Shown here in pieces: positions 56,536-64,000 of a stretch of 64,000 bases of DNA (position 1 is the first letter of the stretch; each line of letters starts with the position of its first letter). Position numbers and translations under genes: made by a program. This stretch comes from Octopus vulgaris. Lineage: Eukaryota. The DNA is taken from assembly GCA_951406725.2 (NCBI GenBank), contig OX597823.1:103726001-103790000 (forward strand). The letters run 5' to 3'. The notes beneath the pieces were generated by a model that saw only the letters and a list, made by a program, of their open reading frames with translations, was not told the DNA's origin and did not search any database.

Positions 56536-56787
56536 TTATTCCAGGCCCGCCAGGAATGAAAGGTATGAAAGGTGATGTTGGACCGGTTGGTGACCCTGGC
56601 TTGAGAGGACCAAGCGGCTTGCCGGGCAGATCAGGACATAAAGGTGAACCTGGCGTTGATGGAATAAATGGTTTGGACGGTAGAGATGGTATTGATGGTC
56701 AAGATGGTAAACAAGGACCCGAGGGATTGAAAGGAGAACGAGGTGTACCTGGAGAGAGGTGCGAAACATGTGGTGATTTAGGTTCTG
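56536..56787 (+). CDS. Collagen exon 15: VIPGPPGMKGMKGD...GERCETCGDLGS
   Basis: tactag| (alternative ttccag| giving start 56545) ... TCTG|gtaagt, 252 nt, phase 1-1. Confidence 0.93.
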
Positions 56788-57661
56788 GTAAGTACCTTTG
56801 CGAGTAAGGCCCAAAAGTTTGTTGCACACGTGTTGAAAATTTGAGCCATCGTCCGTAGATTTAGTAAAGTGTTGAAGGACCGACGGGTGAAAGGCTGATT
56901 TTCTTGTAACTTGAGTGTGCTGAATGAGAAAGCCTCAGTCTAAATAGGTAAACAGAAATAACATTTGCAATACAAATGCAAACCATCGTTATATGCGCGA
57001 TGTATTTTCTGTAATAACTGCAGACCTCTATTGATGTTCTATAATAGCTCTAATAAAATATACTTAGAGACACAACATAGTAAAGCTGTCAATCACTTTC
57101 AACTCCAAAAAAATGCTTTCGTATGAAAATCCACGTGTGCTAGAAAATGACAATGCTGAAATATTGTGAAATTTAGCACAGACAGTGCACCATATAAGAC
57201 ATAATCCTGCCTTCATTTTTTCTACGACAAAAACTGTATTAGTGTACAAATGCTGACATAAAATTATCAAAAGATATGGAGAAATGAATTGACAAGCAAA
57301 GGAATTACACCGAATTAAAAACATGACGACAGTCAATGAATGTGTCTGTCATTTAATTTTCAATTGATACAACTCTGGTGACACAACAACTTCTGTAAAG
57401 ACATTTACAAATCTCCTCTAGAGAGCCATATATAGTCATATTCCAGAATATAGCAAAACTTAGATTTACATATAGAGTCAGAGCATTTTCACATAGCATT
57501 CAGTAGCCTGAGAAAATTTTCTTAGTTATGAACATTTTATTAAAACAAATTTTTAAAAATGTACCCAATGTTTGACTGAGGAGTGGTAACATTTGAAGTA
57601 TACCTCAAAACATAAATAATTCATTCATAATAATATTAGCAAATTTAATTTTCTTTTCCAG

Positions 57662-58096
57662 GTGAGTTTCTAGGAGGAAAAGGAGAACCAGGTGAAAATG
57701 GAAAACCAGGTCCACAAGGCTCGTCAGGTAAACCAGGAATCGGAATTAAAGGGGAGCCCGGTCTACGTGGTGCAAAAGGTGAAATCGGAGCGGAAGGGCT
57801 ACCAGGTATGAAAGGAGAAAGAGGTGAACGTGGATTGAAGGGAGATGCTGTCAAAGGTCTACCGGGAGAGAAGGGATCCATTGGTGAGCAAGGGCCACTT
57901 GGCATTGATGGTAGACCTGGATCTGAAGGTCCTGAAGGACCTCCCGGTCTCAAAGGGGAACCCGGCTTCGGAAAAAGAGGACCAGCCGGTAAAGACGGCG
58001 ATAAAGGTGGTAAAGGATCGAAAGGTGAGCGAGGACGAGATGGAATACCTGCATCTGGTTTTAATGACACTTTCATCCCCTCACCAGGAGAAAAAG
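57662..58096 (+). CDS. Collagen exon 16: GEFLGGKGEPG...GIPASGFNDTFIPSPGEK
   Basis: ttcttttccag| ... AAAG|gtaagt, 435 nt, phase 1-1. Confidence 0.95.
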
Positions 58097-58698
58097 GTAA
58101 GTGTTTTAACTTGTTCTTTCAATTTTAATTGTTTCTGTTATCATTAATTTTATGAGGTTAACAGACACATCCAATTTCTCAAATCAAGTGAAATACTAGA
58201 AATATTGAGAAACCCGAACTGAGTATCTGTCACGATAAGGTATTAGGATGCTAAGAGAAAGGACTAGCTTATTCCACATATTCTATATGTATGGCATACC
58301 TGAGCCTGCTCATTGTAGATTTATTGTCGACCACATGAAAATGAAAGGTTAAAGGCGAAAAGAATATACTGGCAGAATCGATAGCACGCCGGAGAAAATG
58401 CTTTTTCACGTTCAGGGTTCAAATTTACCGCAGTATGACTCTGTTTCATCATTCTAGGGTCATATAAAACAAGTACCAGTTGAGTACTGCAATCAATGTA
58501 ATCAACTTACTCCCTCTTCCGAAATTGCCGGCCTTGTGCCAAAATCTGAAGCCATTCGTTAGCACGCTGGACAAAATTTCGCCGAGGTTGACTTTCCCAT
58601 TATCAAGGTTGATAAAAGTACTTGTTCAGTACTGGGGGTGATATAATCAAATAGCCTCCAGCCCCAAAATTTCATGCTTTGTGCTTATAAGACAAAGA

Positions 58699-58791
<93 letters not shown>

Positions 58792-59252
58792 ATTGTTGTT
58801 GTTGTTGTTGTTGTTGTTTTACTTCTCAGAGCACTCGGTCCTGTTTGTGCTGTAAGAGCGGACAGCTGCCAGATGTCTCACATGCTCTCTTTCCACACAT
58901 TATAAGCTCTGATACTTGGTTGTTAATTGTCGTAGGAGACATTCAACATCCAAGTACCAGTCTTAAAATTTTAGTTGTCCCCAGCAGAGCAGTTTTTAAG
59001 CTTACTCTGCTCTAATGTTAATTCCGATTTCTCTGACATATTTCTCGAACTTGGTTATTAGTGCTCTCAGTGCCCCTACAACTACACGGATGATAGACAC
59101 TATCTTCATAGTCCACATTCTTGCAATTTCGTATTTTAGTAGTCTATACTTTTCAATCATTTCTAGTTCTTTGTCCCTTATGCGTGCATCCCCAGGTATT
59201 GCAATATCTGCAGTTTTAGTTTCCATTTCCCCCTTTATCTACCATATATTGC

Positions 59253-59301
<49 letters not shown>

Positions 59302-61473
59302 ATTATTATTATTATTACTATTATTATTATATAACTGTTCAATATTTACTAAATTGAGGCATATTTCTACTGCATTACTGTTACACCTCCGTGTTGCTGG
59401 GGTGTATGCAGTATTGTGTGTTCTTTGCTGCTGTTGGCTGTGAGCGAGATTTTCCCGGTAATGAATTATGTTAGTTGATTTTCCTTGAGGTGTGGTTCTG
59501 TCTTTTGTTGTGCTACTGCTTGTATTGTGTGTTGAATGTGTAATGCTTTGGGGTTTTTTGTCTTGCTTGTGGAAGTTTATTTCATTGGATAAATGCTGTG
59601 TCTTGTATTTATGGGCTGCTTTGTTTAGGTTGTATTATTGAATTGATAGTAACTTGTGTAGGATGCGGGCTGTTTCATATTTTTGGGAGTTCTATTTTTG
59701 GGAGAGTGTGTGGTGTTGAGGATCCAGGTATAGCTTCTACGTTTTTGTTCATGTGATTTTTTATCATGCCCAATGCTCCAATTATTATTGATATTGTTTT
59801 TACTTCCATGTCCCATATTTTGAATACTTCAATTTCAAGATCTTTGTACTTCGAGAATTTCTCCACTTCTTTTTCGACAATATTTTGATTAGGAGGGACT
59901 GCAATGCAATGTCTATCAGTAAGCAGGTGTTTGTTTCCCCTAATCCTTGATAATTATGCCTGGGCTTTTATTTCTTTGTTGGTTTAAACCGGGATATCCC
60001 AAATGATTGGGGCCTGGTCATTGACTTGTAACTTACTTGGTACATGCTTATACACCTGTTGTCAGTTTTGATGTTGTAATGTTGGCATATTGTTCAGTGG
60101 ATATAACTGCTTACATTGTCGTGTCTATATACATGTTCAGACTTGGCAAGGACTGAGCAATCCCACATGATGTGGACAACTCTCTCATTGTGTTGGTTGC
60201 ATATTCTGCATTTGATAGTTTCTGAGCCATTGTTGGCTTTTACTGAGGCTCACTTCCTCTTTGCCAAGCCCTGTAGGGTATTGACCATGAAGCGATTTGT
60301 CTCTCCATTTCTTCTTCAGCATGTTTTGTAATTTAGTTTTCAAGTTATTTGTCTTTCTGATCATTTCTGTTATTATTATTATTTCTCTTTATCATGGGTT
60401 TTGTTGGAGCTCCAGGAGTCTTACATGCGTAGCGGGCTTGCTACCTGCAGCCGTCGGTACCATGCTATTCGATCTTTTCAGCTATCTAATACTTTCTTGA
60501 TTATTCTGGCCGTGCCAAGGAAGCAAACCTTTTGTAACAGTCCTACTGGGCACTCTATTCCAATTTTCTTTATGTTTCCATTGATGCTTTCTGATACTGT
60601 TCCCAAGAATACTACAATAATTAGCACTATCTTCACCTTCTTCATTTTCCATAGCCGGGCTATTTCGTACTTAGGAGGGTTGTATTAATCTATCTTTTCG
60701 CCTTCCTTCTTGAATATTCGTGAGTCAAAGGGGAATGCAACAGCAACTATATATATGTGGTGCATCTTGTCCACCACCACTAGATCCGCTCTGTTATGCT
60801 CTGGCACCTGATCTGTTTGGATTGGGAAATCTCAAAGGATTTTGCTAGTCTCCGACTCCGCCACTCTCTGCGGTTTGTGCTCATACCACGTCTTGCTTCT
60901 CTCTATCCCCCACTTTTCGCAGAGTTTCCAATGTAGAACTTTCGCTACCTGATCGTGTCACCACAATTTTTAGTTGTTTGGAGCATGTCTGTTGCATTCG
61001 TTAGTGATATGGGCAATGGTTTCATCCACTCTATTGCAGATGCGGCACAGCGGAGACACTTGCTCATTCCTAAAGTTGACCCTCCAGTTCATGGCCAAAG
61101 CTTGGTCTTGCGCTGCCAGTAAAGTGCTCTCGCTCTCTTTTTTAGTGTTCTTTTCATCAGCCAATCCCACCTATTTCCCCAGAAACTTATGTTGTGGCTG
61201 CATGGAATTGACTCTGTAGTCCATTCTTGCGTAATTCTTCGTCATTTTTGTACATCTTCCTTTGTTTTTCTTTTTTGCTTTGCTTTCAATACTCCCTCGT
61301 TCCTAGCTGTCACTATCAAGGTTTCCTTATTTTGGGCTAAGTATCTCATAAAGCTCTCGAATTCAATACGCACGCAGTCTTCCACATTTATCAGTTTTCT
61401 TCCTCCATTTCCTCTATTCATGTATAGACGATCTTGATTTCCTATCAATCTTGTTTTGTTCCTCCTCTCTTTA

Positions 61474-61714
<241 letters not shown>

Positions 61715-62670
61715 GAGTGAGAAAGGAGCGCATGCTATCAAAGTGCGATTGGGGTACAAATATACGAAGCTCACTATACCCTATATGACTATTCGTCTGA
61801 TAAGAGAAAACCGGGTACATGCATCACAACTGTATTTGTGCGATATAATGATCTCGTATCACTATAAACAATGCATGACCTTGCAGCTGAGGCCCAGTTA
61901 GGATTTTCTCCAGATTGAGTAACGCATCCCACTTAAAAGGTCCCTGAATAAGGATGTTGAACGAAACACCCATGTTTCCAGAGATAAATTATTCCAACCG
62001 CAAAGAATTCCTCTTAACACCTGGCTTTGATGGTTCCTCCACTACACCTCTCGTGACCAGAGATGCACAAAGCGTCATCCACTAAAAGACATGCTCAACT
62101 GGTTAAGGTCAAGCAACTGACAAGCAAAACTGTGTTACTGAGCAGAATATTTGCTGTAGTCTATCTTTTTATAGCGAGACAAAACATGTACATGATAACG
62201 CTTCCGATCAGTTAAAATCAGAAGCCATGAGAGCCACTGCCTGGTAGTGCATCAGGCCATTATTATTATTGTTTTTGTTTGATTCTGGTTCAGTTTTATT
62301 CCTGGTAAGATTTATGTGGGTAGCGGATTACTACCTGTAACCTTATGTATCCACAAGTTTTTAGTGAACTTGCAAGTGTTTAGAACCCACCTGATAATCC
62401 TTGTGGTCCCTAAGAGAAACATTTTCTGTAGGAGTTCTACAGGACATTCTATTGCAGTTCACGATGTCCAAATTCTTCCTATTTCATATTTTAAGGGAGT
62501 GCATGTTTTTTGTTTTTCGTCCTCTTTTATTAGTATTGTGTGAGAGGGCAGCATATGCCATCAAAGTGATACTGGAGTACAAATATACGAAACCGATCGT
62601 GACTACCTGTTTAATAACGGTACACCAAGCACATGATTTCCAACCGTATGTGCGCGACATGATGACCTCA

Positions 62671-62744
<74 letters not shown>

Positions 62745-63162
62745 TCTAAAAAGGATTGACGTAACTCTTCACAAAGGTAAACAGTCAAGACGAAGAGCGC
62801 GATTCGATTGTAAGATATTTTATTAGTTGGACGATATTTCGACAGTAAGTCTGTCTTTATCAAGTTCAAAATACGAAATGATAAAAATTCAAAATTATTG
62901 AAATATAAATGTAAATTATGAACGAGAGCAATATACCGTAGAGAGGGTTGGGACTGAAGCTGGCTTCGGTGGCGCTCTGATCAATTTATATCAGTCGAAA
63001 GCTTTCGATAGGATCAACCATCATTACCGTAAATTGGTCGGTTTCGGATCTGCTTTCGAAGTACTGGCAGTGTTTTGTGTTCCGACCAGCTTTTATCATA
63101 GGGCAGATCTAAGTCTTTGCAAATTACCCAGTGAATATACTATGCTGCTCTATATTCTAGAT

Positions 63163-63529
<367 letters not shown>

Positions 63530-64000
63530 TATGTCATTATTGTTCTTGCTTTCCTGTCTGTTTTGATTAGTTCATTTAGAGTCTAGTTAAGAATATTGTA
63601 GCTGTAATTTATAACTGGGATGGCTAGTGTTAATACCTATTATCTTGTTATTAGCATTGAGCTCTGTTTTCAGTATTAATCTAACTCGTCTATAGTATTC
63701 CTTTCGTGTCTTCTCTTTCATTTTTGTGTATTGTATCGTATCTAGTTCATTGATTCCTAAGTAGCTGTATGTCTGGCTTTGGTCTGATTCTCTTGTTTCA
63801 TTTGCTTTATCTAGTGTGATGTAGTTACTCTTAACTAGTTTTCCTCTTTTCAAAATTGCTTTGGCATATTTTTCTAAGCCAAATTTCATGTTTATTTCTT
63901 TGATAAATCCATGTACTATCTGTAGTAATGCTTCCAGCTGTTTATCATTTGTAGCATACAGTTTTAGATCATCCATATACAAGACATGGCTGATTGTTTT

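Overview
AT-rich, microsatellite-dense eukaryotic genomic DNA. The SINE families and the (TA)n/(CA)n load point to an octopus/coleoid cephalopod (inference). The window holds the 5' part of one + strand secreted collagen gene with many triple-helix interruptions. I rebuilt 16 coding exons by hand from GT-AG sites and reading phase (3443-58096, 2065 nt, ~688 codons, no internal stop). They encode a signal peptide, an acidic N-terminus with a D-x-G-S-G-E-F motif, a CxxxCxC motif, then Gly-X-Y blocks broken by N-glycosylation-sequon-bearing interruptions. The C-terminus is outside the window, so multiplexin (XV/XVIII-like) versus type IV-like cannot be settled here. Introns are filled with three tRNA-derived SINE families, Penelope-like elements (RT + GIY-YIG), a Helitron with recognisable ends, a DD41D Tc1/mariner derivative, and Tx1-, CR1-, RTE- and R4/Dong-like LINE pieces. 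The most striking unannotated signal is about 12 minimal type I hammerhead-ribozyme motifs in (TA)n-flanked, often fold-back or partially tandem Penelope pLTR/retrozyme-like cassettes. Two are fully canonical and both are antisense to the collagen transcript; recurrent core variants occur (CCGANGA, CUGAUGU, CUGUNGA). Most ORFs in the supplied track are microsatellite artefacts. Repeat boundaries are approximate; exon and ribozyme coordinates were counted by hand.
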